Virus record (IMG/VR): IMGVR_UViG_3300044551_000092
Location: 32,001-96,000 of that record
Length of the DNA: 64,000 bases
Source: a virus
Lineage: Duplodnaviria > Caudoviricetes
Direction: 5' to 3' (one strand)
The notes under the pieces are model-generated. The model was not told the DNA's origin, made no database searches, and was given only the letters and a program-made list of their open reading frames with translations. Shown one piece after another: positions 46,426-57,332 of this stretch (positions within the stretch are counted from its first letter, which is position 1; every line of letters starts with the position of its first letter). The translations under genes and the position numbers were made by a program.

Positions 46426-47706
46426 ATGCCAAGTTTTTCTGGATTTGAAAGACTAGAAGATACTAAAGATCGTAAGTATCGTTCGAATACAAAACTGCAA
46501 GTTAGTGTGCATGATTCCCCAGGCGAAAAGTTTATTCCGGATACTCGGTTAAAAAGACTGTTTCAATACCACTTCGGTGGTGACGGTTACGTCGTTATTC
46601 CAAAAGGGCGGGTTGTCGCTGTTTCGGCAGACAATGGTGGAATTTTTAAGAACGGTACTATTAAAGACATGACAAGCAATACTTATGTTCCGGTTCTTAC
46701 TCTGGCCAATGGCGGCGTGGACGTTCAAGAAATGGACAACGATAACCATCAATATACTCGTGCCGCAAATAAACCGATTGGTGTGGCTGCACAAAATATC
46801 TATGAATATATTGTCGATGGCTTTAACGGAATGCAGCCAACTATTGAAAATGAAATCTATATTGAATTGCCTTACATTCCCATGAAAGAAGAGGCAGAAG
46901 AAGTTGAGTGGGGTTGCTTCTACGACACGGACCCGGCTAAGCCGATTAAACAGGGCGACTATGTAATGTCCGATGAGAATGGTCGGCTGGTTAAGGCGGA
47001 TTTTGACGGCGTGAAGAAGCAACTGGAAGACGCTAAAGAAGCAGCTGCGAACGCAGCAGACATCGCCGCGCTAAAGACAGCAACTGCACAGATTGCCGAT
47101 GCTGAAGCTAAACTGGCTCTTCTTCACGAGCAGGTTGTCGGACAGGTATGGGCGGTTGAAACGAATCTTCCTCCGGATGGCTGGTTAAAATGGGTTCAAT
47201 GGAGCCAGCAAGACATCGCTCAAGATGATAATCCAAGCGGCTTTACGGCAAATGACATTGGCGGCGGCGATGGTTCAGATGGCAAGTTTCCTGGTTATCC
47301 GTACGTGCGTACCTATGCTAATACCGAAGCTCGCTCGGGGAAATATTATCCTCAAGGTATTCCCGGCCTGACGAACGGTTCGAACATTGAAGTTCCGTTC
47401 ACGGACAAAGTCATCGGTCAGGTTCAACCCAAACAAAGTGGTCGCTATGATTTTCAGATCAAACAAGTGCCGATTGTGGCGGGGTCTTTCTCACTAAAGA
47501 TTAACGGTGAAGAGGTTGCCTCTAACAATTATCAATTGAATGTGAAAACAGGCCTTTTGACTCTGCCAGATTACGATGCCTCCAGTCTAGAAGCTCCGGC
47601 TGATGTAACTGCGACGTTCAAAGCAACAGGTCAAATTCCCGGTGTCCCAACAAACTGGGATTTCAAGGGCTCTGTCGGTGCTATTCGTGTTCTTTTACAA
47701 AAATAA
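46426..47706 (+). CDS. capsid-associated/decoration protein
   Basis: Lies between protease and major capsid protein; SD AAGGAG; VVIPKGRVVAV. Confidence 0.6.
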   Translation: MPSFSGFERLEDTKDRKYRSNTKLQVSVHDSPGEKFIPDTRLKRLFQYHFGGDGYVVIPKGRVVAVSADNGGIFKNGTIKDMTSNTYVPVLTLANGGVDVQEMDNDNHQYTRAANKPIGVAAQNIYEYIVDGFNGMQPTIENEIYIELPYIPMKEEAEEVEWGCFYDTDPAKPIKQGDYVMSDENGRLVKADFDGVKKQLEDAKEAAANAADIAALKTATAQIADAEAKLALLHEQVVGQVWAVETNLPPDGWLKWVQWSQQDIAQDDNPSGFTANDIGGGDGSDGKFPGYPYVRTYANTEARSGKYYPQGIPGLTNGSNIEVPFTDKVIGQVQPKQSGRYDFQIKQVPIVAGSFSLKINGEEVASNNYQLNVKTGLLTLPDYDASSLEAPADVTATFKATGQIPGVPTNWDFKGSVGAIRVLLQK

Positions 47707-47733
47707 TTTTTTAAATGAGGAGGCTACTTAACC

Positions 47734-48822
47734 ATGAATCCAGAACTTTTAAATAGAGAATTAAGTCCTGAGACAAAAAAACTCGTGGAACGCTTAAAAC
47801 GACAGCTAGATGTAAATGAGCATTGGACTGACATTCCAAAAACCGAGCGTGTCACGTTAAAAGATGCATTAACTACTGCAGATGCAAATATTCTGATGCC
47901 ACAGGTCTTAACCGGGATGATGCGCGAAGCCGCAGAGCCGCTGTATATCGGTTCTAAGCTGATGCAGACAGTACGGCTAACAGATGGCCGCTCGGTCATT
48001 TTTCCTTCAATTGGGGCTATGAGAGCACATGAAATCGGTGAATCGCAGAGCTACGTTGAAGAGACCGTAGACTTCCAGCTGCATCGCAGCAAAGAAGTCA
48101 AAGTTGGAAAGTTCGGTATGATTGTTCGCGTGACGGAAGAAATGATTAACGATTCCCAGTGGGATGTCATTGGCATTCTTCTTCGCAAGGCCGGTGAAGC
48201 GATGGCGCGCCTTAAAGAGGAACGTATCTTCCTAGAATTCAGTCAGCATGGCCACAAGATTTTTGATAATGATCAACGCCAAAAATATCCTGAGCTTGGC
48301 ACAACTGGTTTGGATAAGGAAGGTCATGAGAATAACACGCTCTCAACTGAAGACATGATTGATATGTTTATCCAATTGATGGCCGAAGGGTACAATGCAA
48401 CCGATATTGTGATGCATCCTCTTGCATGGTCCGTCTTTTTCAAAAATGATATTCTTCAAAGTTTATCAGCTGCGGCACTCGGTGGATCACAGATCACTAA
48501 TCTGCAAATTCGTCCAGATACAGTTCAAGGGCGTATTCCATTCGCAATTAATCTGATGTTTACGCCGTTTGCACCATTCAACTATGAGACGCGCAAGTTC
48601 GATATGTACGTTGTTGACCGCAATAACGTCGGCGTGCTGCTTGAAAAGGACCCGCTTTCGACAGAGCAGTTCAAAGATCCAGAACGCGACATTCAGGCAA
48701 TTAAAGTTCGTGAACGTTATGGTGTTGGTGTGCTGAACGAAGGGAAAGCTGTTTCTGCCGCTTGCAATTTGGCATTCGACAAAACCTATCCGGACCCGAC
48801 ACGCGTTAAAGTTTTGGCTTAA
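47734..48822 (+). CDS. major capsid protein (HK97 fold)
   Basis: KFGMIVRVTEEMINDSQWD, IVMHP, RERYGVGV; position; followed by a terminator. Confidence 0.88.
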   Translation: MNPELLNRELSPETKKLVERLKRQLDVNEHWTDIPKTERVTLKDALTTADANILMPQVLTGMMREAAEPLYIGSKLMQTVRLTDGRSVIFPSIGAMRAHEIGESQSYVEETVDFQLHRSKEVKVGKFGMIVRVTEEMINDSQWDVIGILLRKAGEAMARLKEERIFLEFSQHGHKIFDNDQRQKYPELGTTGLDKEGHENNTLSTEDMIDMFIQLMAEGYNATDIVMHPLAWSVFFKNDILQSLSAAALGGSQITNLQIRPDTVQGRIPFAINLMFTPFAPFNYETRKFDMYVVDRNNVGVLLEKDPLSTEQFKDPERDIQAIKVRERYGVGVLNEGKAVSAACNLAFDKTYPDPTRVKVLA

Positions 48823-48839
48823 AAATCTAATGATTGGCT

Positions 48840-48881
48840 ATGGCAGGTGGACTGTTTTTTGACAGCTTGCCTGCCATCTTT
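48840..48881 (+). terminator. terminator after the capsid gene
   Basis: ATGGCAGGT...GCCTGCCAT-CTTT. Confidence 0.6.
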
Positions 48882-48901
48882 GATATAAGGAGGAATATCA
48901 T

Positions 48902-49582
48902 ATGGTACTTAAATTAACAATTGGCTTAGCAAAAGGAAAAGTTAGTTTTTTCGATCCGAAGACTAACGTTTATATAACACTTTCCGACCCAGTTCAAGAT
49001 CTCGAATTTTCGGATAATGCAGACCTGTCAGGTATTGCTCATGGATTATTTACTGAGCCGCCTGCATTAAAAATGTATACAGGTAAATTGCCTCAGCGGG
49101 CTATTGATGATTGGAAGGAAAAATTTAAAACCAAGGGAATCAAAATGGCAGAAAACCGAGCAGATCAAGTACAGGAGAACAGCCATGATACTTCAACAGT
49201 TCCGGATGCCCCTTCTGTTACGGCGACGGCAAAAGCTGAGGGATTTGATTTTTCGATTACTTTAGGAGCATCTGATGGCGGCAAGCCGATTAAGGGATTG
49301 AATGTATATGTAAAGAAAACCTCGGATCCAGATTGGGGAGAACCCAAACTTGTTATCAATGATCCGACGAAATTGACGGGATCAATTACTGGTTTAGAGA
49401 ACGGTACTCAATACACCGTTGTTGTTTTGGCTTTTAACGATGTTGGCGAAAGTATACGGAATGATGATTTGGCCGTTCATGTCACACCGGCTGAAGCCGG
49501 CACAGCTTCTGTAAATGTGGCTTCGACTTCACCATCAAAACAAACCACAAAGCGTCGTACTCGTACAACGACAGCTAAGTGA
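48902..49582 (+). CDS. virion protein with FN3 domain
   Basis: PDAP, DGGKPI, ITGLENGTQYTVVVLAFNDVGES. Confidence 0.8.
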   Translation: MVLKLTIGLAKGKVSFFDPKTNVYITLSDPVQDLEFSDNADLSGIAHGLFTEPPALKMYTGKLPQRAIDDWKEKFKTKGIKMAENRADQVQENSHDTSTVPDAPSVTATAKAEGFDFSITLGASDGGKPIKGLNVYVKKTSDPDWGEPKLVINDPTKLTGSITGLENGTQYTVVVLAFNDVGESIRNDDLAVHVTPAEAGTASVNVASTSPSKQTTKRRTRTTTAK

Positions 49583-49595
49583 GTGGTGACCAGTT

Positions 49596-51641
49596 ATGGA
49601 ACCACGGTTTCAACAAAAGGTCATGCGGGCAAAAGAATCTCAACCGAGTAGGGAGGCTTCAGTCTATATGGGACAGACCTATGGTATCCATTTAACTTCC
49701 GGAGAATCTTTGCCTACTCAGCCAATAAGATGTTTTATTGAAGAGCGACTGCCGACAAAAGATCCAGAATATCACTCATTAAAACATCATGAATTTACTT
49801 TTCCCATTAACACGGATCAGATCAATTTACGACTTCGTCCAATCAATCGTTATGGTGAAGCTATGCCTGATATTGTTCAAAAGCGTATCCCTTTTGCTGG
49901 AAGTTGGGATTTTTCTAAAGATCGATTGCGGATCAAAGAATTTTTATCAGTTCCTTTAGGCGGAGTCACTGAATCTGAATGGCTAACGATTCATCCCGCA
50001 TCACAGGTCTCGGCAACACCAATGAACCAATTTCGATTGCGCGGTGTATCGAAAGACCATCAATTAAGTCAGTGGGTTTATTCTGAAATTCGGGGTTTAA
50101 AGAACGAACGGATTGTCTTTGAACTGCTCCATGATCTATTAGATACTTTAGTAAATGTTGATGACGAAGAGATTGACTATCTGTTGTCGCATGTTCTAAA
50201 GGATACCTTCCATGCCTTGATAAAGGATAATAAAGCCAAATTTGATTATGAATTTACAGATCAAAACAAAATGACTGCAATTATCAATGAGTTAAGTAGA
50301 GTAATGGCCAAAACAATCCGTTCCTCTTTTGATGAACAAATACTCAGTTCCACAGAAGAATTTACAGATCTAATACGGACATATCGCTTTAGTGATAAGA
50401 GCCAGAATAATTTTACTGATTTTTTAACACAAATTCTTGAACATTATTTGGATGAACATTATGAGGATATTGTTAAAAATACAGAAATTCAAGTAATTGC
50501 CCAAAATAGTGCAGAAATACAGGGATTTGTTCAAGGCCTGTATTCTTTTGAAGCCAAATCTGAACTTATAAAGACAATGTATCAGATTTATAGGCAGGAC
50601 CATTTTGTGGCGGCATTCGACGATGCTGTAAAATTAATTATAGGACCGGGGGCTTCTGAACTTTTTAAAGCTGCTCCTATCGAAGAAATCAGCAAATTCT
50701 TCCGAATGGTCGTGCAAGATCTCATTCTACCTTTGTCGATCCTCGAACATCCAAACGTCAGTGTACTGAATGAACTTAATGACGAAGAAAAATTAGAACT
50801 TGCGGACTCAATTGTGAAATATGACCTTATTAATGGCGATTTAATCAATCGTATGTTTCTTGTATATGATCGGTTTCCTTGGTTTAACATCAATGAAGAA
50901 AATTTTTACGTGTTGTACATAAAACAACTGATTGATGAGATTAAGGCCATCTATTCAGATAATATCAAATTATTATTATGTTACAACCCACATGAAACAT
51001 TAGCTTATCTTCTTCATATGCAGGAACATTTCTCATATAATATTGACCACATTTCTCATCATTTCGCTGAAGAGGAATCAGTATGTTGGTTAGAGGATTG
51101 GAAAACAGAAGAGGCCAAACAGTTACGCCACTTGAAAGAGTCTGTTAAAGGCATCATACAAGACTGGGCTTTGATTAAGAGTCAACCGAGCTGTTTCACC
51201 AAAGACAGTATATTACGGCTGATAAGAGAAAAATTTAGAAAACAAGATACCGTACAATTACAAGAAATATATGAAATCATCAATCAATCCATTTCAGAAG
51301 TTCTGAATTTGCTTGAAAATCCTAAACAATTAAAGGCAAATGACAATATCTATTCGTCCTTGATGGAGAAAGTACAGCAAATTTCAAATAATGAACTAAA
51401 CAAAGATGAAAAAGTTTTAACCGTCTTTCGAGAATTATTAGGACAACTTTATGAGTTGCATCTTGAGCTTAGAGCTCAGTTTCATTTTGTGGATACTACG
51501 CAACAAGACTTAATGGTTGGCTTGTCGGATGAATATCAGATTAAGGGCGATGAAGTTCATTATGCTCTTGGTGATATGAATAGTAAGTGGCCGATCGGAA
51601 AATTTGTATTAGGGTTAAACACACTTTCCGGAGAGAATTAA
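49596..51641 (+). CDS. hypothetical structural-module protein
   Basis: Long ORF in operon. Confidence 0.65.
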   Translation: MEPRFQQKVMRAKESQPSREASVYMGQTYGIHLTSGESLPTQPIRCFIEERLPTKDPEYHSLKHHEFTFPINTDQINLRLRPINRYGEAMPDIVQKRIPFAGSWDFSKDRLRIKEFLSVPLGGVTESEWLTIHPASQVSATPMNQFRLRGVSKDHQLSQWVYSEIRGLKNERIVFELLHDLLDTLVNVDDEEIDYLLSHVLKDTFHALIKDNKAKFDYEFTDQNKMTAIINELSRVMAKTIRSSFDEQILSSTEEFTDLIRTYRFSDKSQNNFTDFLTQILEHYLDEHYEDIVKNTEIQVIAQNSAEIQGFVQGLYSFEAKSELIKTMYQIYRQDHFVAAFDDAVKLIIGPGASELFKAAPIEEISKFFRMVVQDLILPLSILEHPNVSVLNELNDEEKLELADSIVKYDLINGDLINRMFLVYDRFPWFNINEENFYVLYIKQLIDEIKAIYSDNIKLLLCYNPHETLAYLLHMQEHFSYNIDHISHHFAEEESVCWLEDWKTEEAKQLRHLKESVKGIIQDWALIKSQPSCFTKDSILRLIREKFRKQDTVQLQEIYEIINQSISEVLNLLENPKQLKANDNIYSSLMEKVQQISNNELNKDEKVLTVFRELLGQLYELHLELRAQFHFVDTTQQDLMVGLSDEYQIKGDEVHYALGDMNSKWPIGKFVLGLNTLSGEN

Positions 51642-51657
51642 CTACTATAAAAAAGAG

Positions 51658-53748
51658 GTGCCATTCATGTCAAATGTTTTTGAAACACTTATGGCGTTAC
51701 TTCCTGAAAGTCCGAAGAAAAGGATGATTAGGGCAAAATATAATAATCTTATGGCGGCTCGTCAGAAGGGGAATGGCTTGGCTGATCATTTTGAATTAAA
51801 GCCAAAGGGCCATATTAAAATTGAAGCCATCGACAACAATGGCCGGGTAACAGGAACATTAGCAGATCAAAGCAATCTGGTCGTCAATGGGGCTGAAGAA
51901 ATTATGATGAAGGCATTGGCTGGAGATCCGGCACATGTCCTCTATCAGAATCGATTTCTTAAACAGGATGAGTCTAGCGTTTACTTTATTCAAACCGATC
52001 ATCTTATTGATGTGGTGAATGGGGAAAATGTATTAGCCGTTCTGCCAAATGATATTTGGAGCGTAGTTGATGAAAATGAATTCACTACTGAATTTTCTTT
52101 TAGTCCAATAACTGTCTATTTGGTGGAAGTTGAGTCAACAAGGCCAGGACAAAAAGCCTTTAAAATCGTAAAAGATCCAACCGCAGAAACGGCGTCACTT
52201 ACAGCGGAATTGTATAGCGGGTATAGCCCATTATTTATCGGCATTGGTGATGGCAAGAATTATCACGTGCCATTCAATTCGGGTTTGCTAACGCTATCTC
52301 CCGGATTCGGTGGTGACTCAGAACGAAAGACCACCACGTTAAATGACAAGATCACATTTAAACAAAAAATCACGAATTTCCAGGTCGATTACAAGACTTC
52401 AAAACTCGGTGGCCAATTTACTATTTCAGTGAATGGAAAAGCAGTTAAAACCGTAGATACGTATGATAAAGATCTGGCTGACGGAGCTTACGGTGATGGA
52501 TCTGTTGTAATTGATTCATTAGACCCGCTCAACGAATCGGATGTCGAAATTAAATTTTCTGGTAAAAATGACGCCGTCGAAACTCCAGAATTGACGATTC
52601 ATGCGCTCTATTTTGATGCTTTTCAAAAAAACGACAATAAGCTTATTCATGAGCTAGAAGATTTCACAACAGTGTTTGATACGCCGGCCTATTACAATAC
52701 ATCAGCCGGTGCACCGTACTATGTTCAGCTTGATCATTTTCCGGTAGTCCCAAGCTCCGTGAAAGTCCAGTATAATTCAACAACATTTGAACCCGTCGAA
52801 GACCAAGAAGATTTAGCGGAAAATAAATATTTTGTTGATAATAAGTATGGAAAAATATATTTTACCTCAGCTTTAACAAATCTGTTGATTACTTATGAAA
52901 TTACAGGCCAACAGTATGCCACATTTAATCTAAAGGATCTTGAGGCGGGGACTATTAAACAAACAGTAGATTCAGAAACCCCCATTGGAGCGATTGACGG
53001 ACAAAATAAGAGCTTTAGCTTAGCTAATAAGGACATTATTCCTGAATCGGAAATCATCAAATTCAGCGATGCAGAATTGAAGCGGGGAGAAGATTATACG
53101 ATTAACAATGAAGATGGAACGATTGCTTTCAATACTGCTCCCGCCAAAGGTGGAACAATCACAGCCTCCTATCAATTTGGAATAAGTGCCAAAAAACTAA
53201 GCTTTGAAGACAAGCTGATAGATGACAGCATTATGATTAACGATGCAGATCGAGGACAATCTTATTCCAAAGTGGATGCTTCTTCTGATTTTAAGGCTGG
53301 AACCTTTATTCTTAATCCTGACGATGAGGATCATAAGTCCATTCTGCTTTTGCCATTAACCGACGTTGACCCTGAAAAGGCTGGATTAGAGATTTTCTTC
53401 AAAACCGATGATCTACCCGGTGTTCCAACCAATTATAAGCGTCAGCTTATCGTGAAGCCTAAGCGTGGAAAGGATGCCCCTTGGTTTGCTCTAGATAAAG
53501 GTGAAATCGAATTTGTTACTGAATTCCCTGAAAATCTGCCGGCAATGAACATGACGATTCGGGAAATGGGATTGTTCGATGGTCCTCGATCAGAAGACCA
53601 AGTCAGAGGATATAATAATTATCCAGTTAAAGCATTCTCTTTAGTACGTGTTGGCGATTCAATTAAAGAAATATCAACTGGTATTCGTATTACCTGGACG
53701 ATTACTCTGCTCAATGAAGATGGGCAACCTTTTCATGGCGGTTATTAA
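51658..53748 (+). CDS. virion structural protein (fibre-like), paralogue of 53779..55506
   Basis: KGHIKIE..NLVV N-terminus and K...TGIRITW C-terminus. Confidence 0.7.
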   Translation: MPFMSNVFETLMALLPESPKKRMIRAKYNNLMAARQKGNGLADHFELKPKGHIKIEAIDNNGRVTGTLADQSNLVVNGAEEIMMKALAGDPAHVLYQNRFLKQDESSVYFIQTDHLIDVVNGENVLAVLPNDIWSVVDENEFTTEFSFSPITVYLVEVESTRPGQKAFKIVKDPTAETASLTAELYSGYSPLFIGIGDGKNYHVPFNSGLLTLSPGFGGDSERKTTTLNDKITFKQKITNFQVDYKTSKLGGQFTISVNGKAVKTVDTYDKDLADGAYGDGSVVIDSLDPLNESDVEIKFSGKNDAVETPELTIHALYFDAFQKNDNKLIHELEDFTTVFDTPAYYNTSAGAPYYVQLDHFPVVPSSVKVQYNSTTFEPVEDQEDLAENKYFVDNKYGKIYFTSALTNLLITYEITGQQYATFNLKDLEAGTIKQTVDSETPIGAIDGQNKSFSLANKDIIPESEIIKFSDAELKRGEDYTINNEDGTIAFNTAPAKGGTITASYQFGISAKKLSFEDKLIDDSIMINDADRGQSYSKVDASSDFKAGTFILNPDDEDHKSILLLPLTDVDPEKAGLEIFFKTDDLPGVPTNYKRQLIVKPKRGKDAPWFALDKGEIEFVTEFPENLPAMNMTIREMGLFDGPRSEDQVRGYNNYPVKAFSLVRVGDSIKEISTGIRITWTITLLNEDGQPFHGGY

Positions 53749-53778
53749 TAAAAAATCTAAAATATGAGGTGAACTCAC

Positions 53779-55506
53779 GTGCTTAATGACTTGGTAACTT
53801 CTTCTGTAATGAATCCAAAAGGTCATGTAAAAATAGAATTATACGATGAAAAACGTGGTGTGTTTTTTACGAAGGAAAAACACAATTTAATAGTCTTAGA
53901 CGCAAACAAAGTTATTGCTCAGATACTCGCCGACCCAAGTAAAATGAATCGTGCATCAAAAATTGATAAGGGCGACACAAGCGCCGAGGCTGATGAAAAT
54001 GGTGAGTTTGAATTTCCACTTTCTATTAGCCATGAAAAGGTCGGGACTTTTCAACAGTCTTTTGGTGCCGATAATACAAACACAGATGTAACTTTATCTA
54101 ATGGACATATTACGAAACTGATCAGCGCCAAGATTGGCGACAGCGAAGTAGACTTAAATACAGTCAGTATTAAAGACGCCGCGGCTGGTACGATCGCGTT
54201 TGCGACCGCGCCCCAAGGTGATCTAACGGTCAACTTTCAATATGTTAGTAATCCACTTAATTCAATAATTATAGGTACACTTGTAGTAAAAGTTGGTTCA
54301 GACGTGTATGGAATCGCTGAGGCACCAAGCGATGATAATAAAACTTGTGTCATTGATTATGCTCGCGGAATTATTGCTTTTCAAAGCAAAAAAGAAGACG
54401 TAACTGTTTCATATGACTATGAATCCAAATATACACTCGGTTATATCGGCGTAGCTGATAAGCCGACAGATCATCCCGACTTTAAACCGGTAACTTATTC
54501 CGATAAAGATAAACTATTGACCAGTCTGGAAAATGAATATCTTGATGGGCGCGTTCCAGTTCAATTTCCGGCTGAAATATCTGAAGGCAAGCCGGAAATT
54601 GAGACTCTGTTGACTCAGCCGATTGCCGAAGATGAAAGTAGTGCCGATATTAAAATTCTTGACGGAACTTTGGAATATACGCTGGATGATTCAAAAAAAC
54701 TCTTGAGTATTACTTCTGTTATTCGCAAATCTGATGAGCATGTTATGGATCCAGGAGATTATACTTTAAATGGAACGAAAATCGCCTTTATTGAAGGTAA
54801 GGTAAACACGGACGAAGAATTTACTGTCAATTTCAAATTTCAGAAAGATAACACGTATCTTAATTATCAATTGAACTCCGCCCCCGTTTTCTCACTTGAA
54901 CGAGTCATTCATACTAGTGCAGCGGATGGAAAACAAACTGTATTTGAAATAGAGAATCGTGGACTGACAATTGGTAAAGGTGATGTCTGGCTGTTAAACC
55001 CCGCGATTGGACTTATTCAGTTTAGTGAGGTTCCGAAGAACGGCGTCCCTGTTAATACACCTGGCACGCTGACAATTGAATATAAAATTAATGCAGGCAC
55101 GGTCGTTAATTTTACTGCTGATTTTCCAAAGGGTATTCCTGGTCCATCTTTAGAAGAAACAACAGACACGTTTACGATGAGTGACAGTGCAACTTTTACA
55201 TTGAATCATCCGGTTGCTGTAGACGCAGATCAAAAAGATTTAATTGAATCAGTTAAAGTCAATGGTGGCGATGCAGAATTTACACTGCATACCGATAAGA
55301 TTCAAATTGATGTGCCATCAGCTAAATCAGATGACACAATTGAAGTGACCTACAAATATACAGAAGAAAGCCACTCAATCTATCAGGTGGCCATGTTCGA
55401 CAGCCTTGACAGAGCGACCAGCAAAATGTTTAATATCAGCGGTATCGGACCGATCACTAAGGATAAAAACACCGGCATGCGTGTTACATGGTCGATCTCG
55501 TTCTAA
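53779..55506 (+). CDS. virion structural protein, paralogue of 51658..53748
   Basis: KGHVKIE..NLIV N-terminus and K...TGMRVTW C-terminus. Confidence 0.7.
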   Translation: MLNDLVTSSVMNPKGHVKIELYDEKRGVFFTKEKHNLIVLDANKVIAQILADPSKMNRASKIDKGDTSAEADENGEFEFPLSISHEKVGTFQQSFGADNTNTDVTLSNGHITKLISAKIGDSEVDLNTVSIKDAAAGTIAFATAPQGDLTVNFQYVSNPLNSIIIGTLVVKVGSDVYGIAEAPSDDNKTCVIDYARGIIAFQSKKEDVTVSYDYESKYTLGYIGVADKPTDHPDFKPVTYSDKDKLLTSLENEYLDGRVPVQFPAEISEGKPEIETLLTQPIAEDESSADIKILDGTLEYTLDDSKKLLSITSVIRKSDEHVMDPGDYTLNGTKIAFIEGKVNTDEEFTVNFKFQKDNTYLNYQLNSAPVFSLERVIHTSAADGKQTVFEIENRGLTIGKGDVWLLNPAIGLIQFSEVPKNGVPVNTPGTLTIEYKINAGTVVNFTADFPKGIPGPSLEETTDTFTMSDSATFTLNHPVAVDADQKDLIESVKVNGGDAEFTLHTDKIQIDVPSAKSDDTIEVTYKYTEESHSIYQVAMFDSLDRATSKMFNISGIGPITKDKNTGMRVTWSISF

Positions 55507-55537
55507 TCTGAAAAATAATAGGGGAGGAATAAACGAT

Positions 55538-56050
55538 ATGGGACTTGCCAATTATATGGACCGTATCGCCTTCCTAGATGGACAAGTGTTACACGATTAT
55601 CATTTGAATATTATGCAGAAAAATATGGCAGAAGCCATTAAGACAAGAATAGTTCAGGAGCGATACGACATGCTAATGCTCGTATCGCCCTATAACTATT
55701 ATTTTTCTGAATCATTTGTGAATGATGATCAACGAGATCCATCTAGTACAGCGATTCTCAATACACAATCTTTTTGTATTACCAGTGACTCTTGGATTAC
55801 CCGTTTTCTTCAATTACCGACAGCAACCTCAGAAATCTGTCTAATGTCAGATTATGAAGATAATGTCAAAGAAGAGGCGTTTGTTTCTTTCTATTATCGG
55901 ACTGCCGGCGATGCTCCGTGGATTAAAGTAATTATCGACCAGGAAATTACTTTGCCGACGCCATCCGATAAAATTCAAATCAAGATTGAATGCCAGTATA
56001 AAACAACTGTAAGCCCAATTGTATACGATTTTGCGCTGATGTCGAAATGA
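55538..56050 (+). CDS. virion structural protein
   Basis: SD GGAGG before MGLANY. Confidence 0.65.
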   Translation: MGLANYMDRIAFLDGQVLHDYHLNIMQKNMAEAIKTRIVQERYDMLMLVSPYNYYFSESFVNDDQRDPSSTAILNTQSFCITSDSWITRFLQLPTATSEICLMSDYEDNVKEEAFVSFYYRTAGDAPWIKVIIDQEITLPTPSDKIQIKIECQYKTTVSPIVYDFALMSK

Positions 56051-56065
56051 GAGGGGAAGAAAGAG

Positions 56066-56389
56066 ATGGCACACGTAAGACAAGTCGCTGATTTTCCATT
56101 ATTCCGGACAAAAATTGGTGTTATGCCCAATTTTACAGGATCGGAACATGTCGATCGTGAGACCCCGCGAGGCGATGTCAATGGTGAAAATAAAGAATTC
56201 AGTCTTCTTCATTTGCCGATTAACGGATCAGAACAGATCTTTAAAAATGGGATTTTCATGACTCGGGAGACAGACTATCAAATTGATTACAAAACAGGGG
56301 CTATTGTTTTTAATGACGATCAAGTGCCGCAACAAAACACTATAATTCGTGTTGCTTATGACTATATGCGGACAGGGGAGAGTGGATAA
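56066..56389 (+). CDS. small virion protein sharing the ETPxG.DG.NK.F repeat domain
   Basis: ETPRGDVNGENKEFSL..DYQID..GAI.F resembles a segment of 51658..53748. Confidence 0.65.
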   Translation: MAHVRQVADFPLFRTKIGVMPNFTGSEHVDRETPRGDVNGENKEFSLLHLPINGSEQIFKNGIFMTRETDYQIDYKTGAIVFNDDQVPQQNTIIRVAYDYMRTGESG

Positions 56390-57312
56390 TGGATTTTGTT
56401 TTTCGATCCTTGCCAAGAAATGGTTCAACTGTTCCTGTTGATGCTGAAATAGAAATTTATTTCTTGAATGATATTAATATCAAAGCTCTTGATACAAGTA
56501 AGATATTTCTTAGTAATTTAACAGATTCGGTTTACGTTCCTATCAATTATGAATATGATCACAGGATCTTGAAAATTAAGCCGACCGTTGAATTGAAAAG
56601 CAATCACCATTATCAAATTCAATTATTGGGTGGTCCAAAAGGAATTCAGGATATACTTGGCAATACAATGGATCTGACTTATATGTCTGAGTTCACTACT
56701 GAAAAAAATAAGCAGATTGCTGCTCCAGAACTATTAACGCCAAGTAATGATACAATTATCCACCAATTGCCATCGATCTCGTGGAAGCCTGTTGATCGTG
56801 CTGATTATTATTTAGTGGAACTGTCTACGTCTCGTGATTTTCATGTCATTGTGTGGCCGGAGACTACAGAATTTCTAAAAATTCATGAGACAAGCATCAT
56901 TCCAGATGTTGATTTGGCTCAAGGGAATTATTATCTAAGGGTAATTGCGGTTGATTCATCTGGTAAACAAAGTGATTATTCACAGATTATACAATTCTAC
57001 TATTCGCCAGTATCTGCTTCGCCAAACGATCCAACACTACCGGAAGGACCAGAGGACGATATGTCGGGCATAACTGTTCAAACAAAATTGACCGCACTTC
57101 AGCCAAAAACACAGCTTGAAGCCATACAGAATGCCTCAGATGACCCAATGATCCCAATAGATGCTTTTGATATAGATTCAAGTGTACCAAAGGATCAAAC
57201 GAATAATGTCCCCTTGACTCGATTAAATGCATTAATCATAAATTTTAATCAAAATATTTCGACTGAAAGTGTGACCGATCAGAGTTGCTATCTTGTTGCT
57301 GAGAAGAATTAA
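56389..57312 (+). CDS. Ig-like (SbsA/Big_5) + FN3 virion protein
   Basis: P.NGS.VP...I.I.F, GIQDILGN, SEFTT; FN3 W....ADYY...YYLRV. Confidence 0.75.
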   Translation: MDFVFRSLPRNGSTVPVDAEIEIYFLNDINIKALDTSKIFLSNLTDSVYVPINYEYDHRILKIKPTVELKSNHHYQIQLLGGPKGIQDILGNTMDLTYMSEFTTEKNKQIAAPELLTPSNDTIIHQLPSISWKPVDRADYYLVELSTSRDFHVIVWPETTEFLKIHETSIIPDVDLAQGNYYLRVIAVDSSGKQSDYSQIIQFYYSPVSASPNDPTLPEGPEDDMSGITVQTKLTALQPKTQLEAIQNASDDPMIPIDAFDIDSSVPKDQTNNVPLTRLNALIINFNQNISTESVTDQSCYLVAEKN

Positions 57313-57332
57313 TGAGGAAGTGAAAAGTCGAA

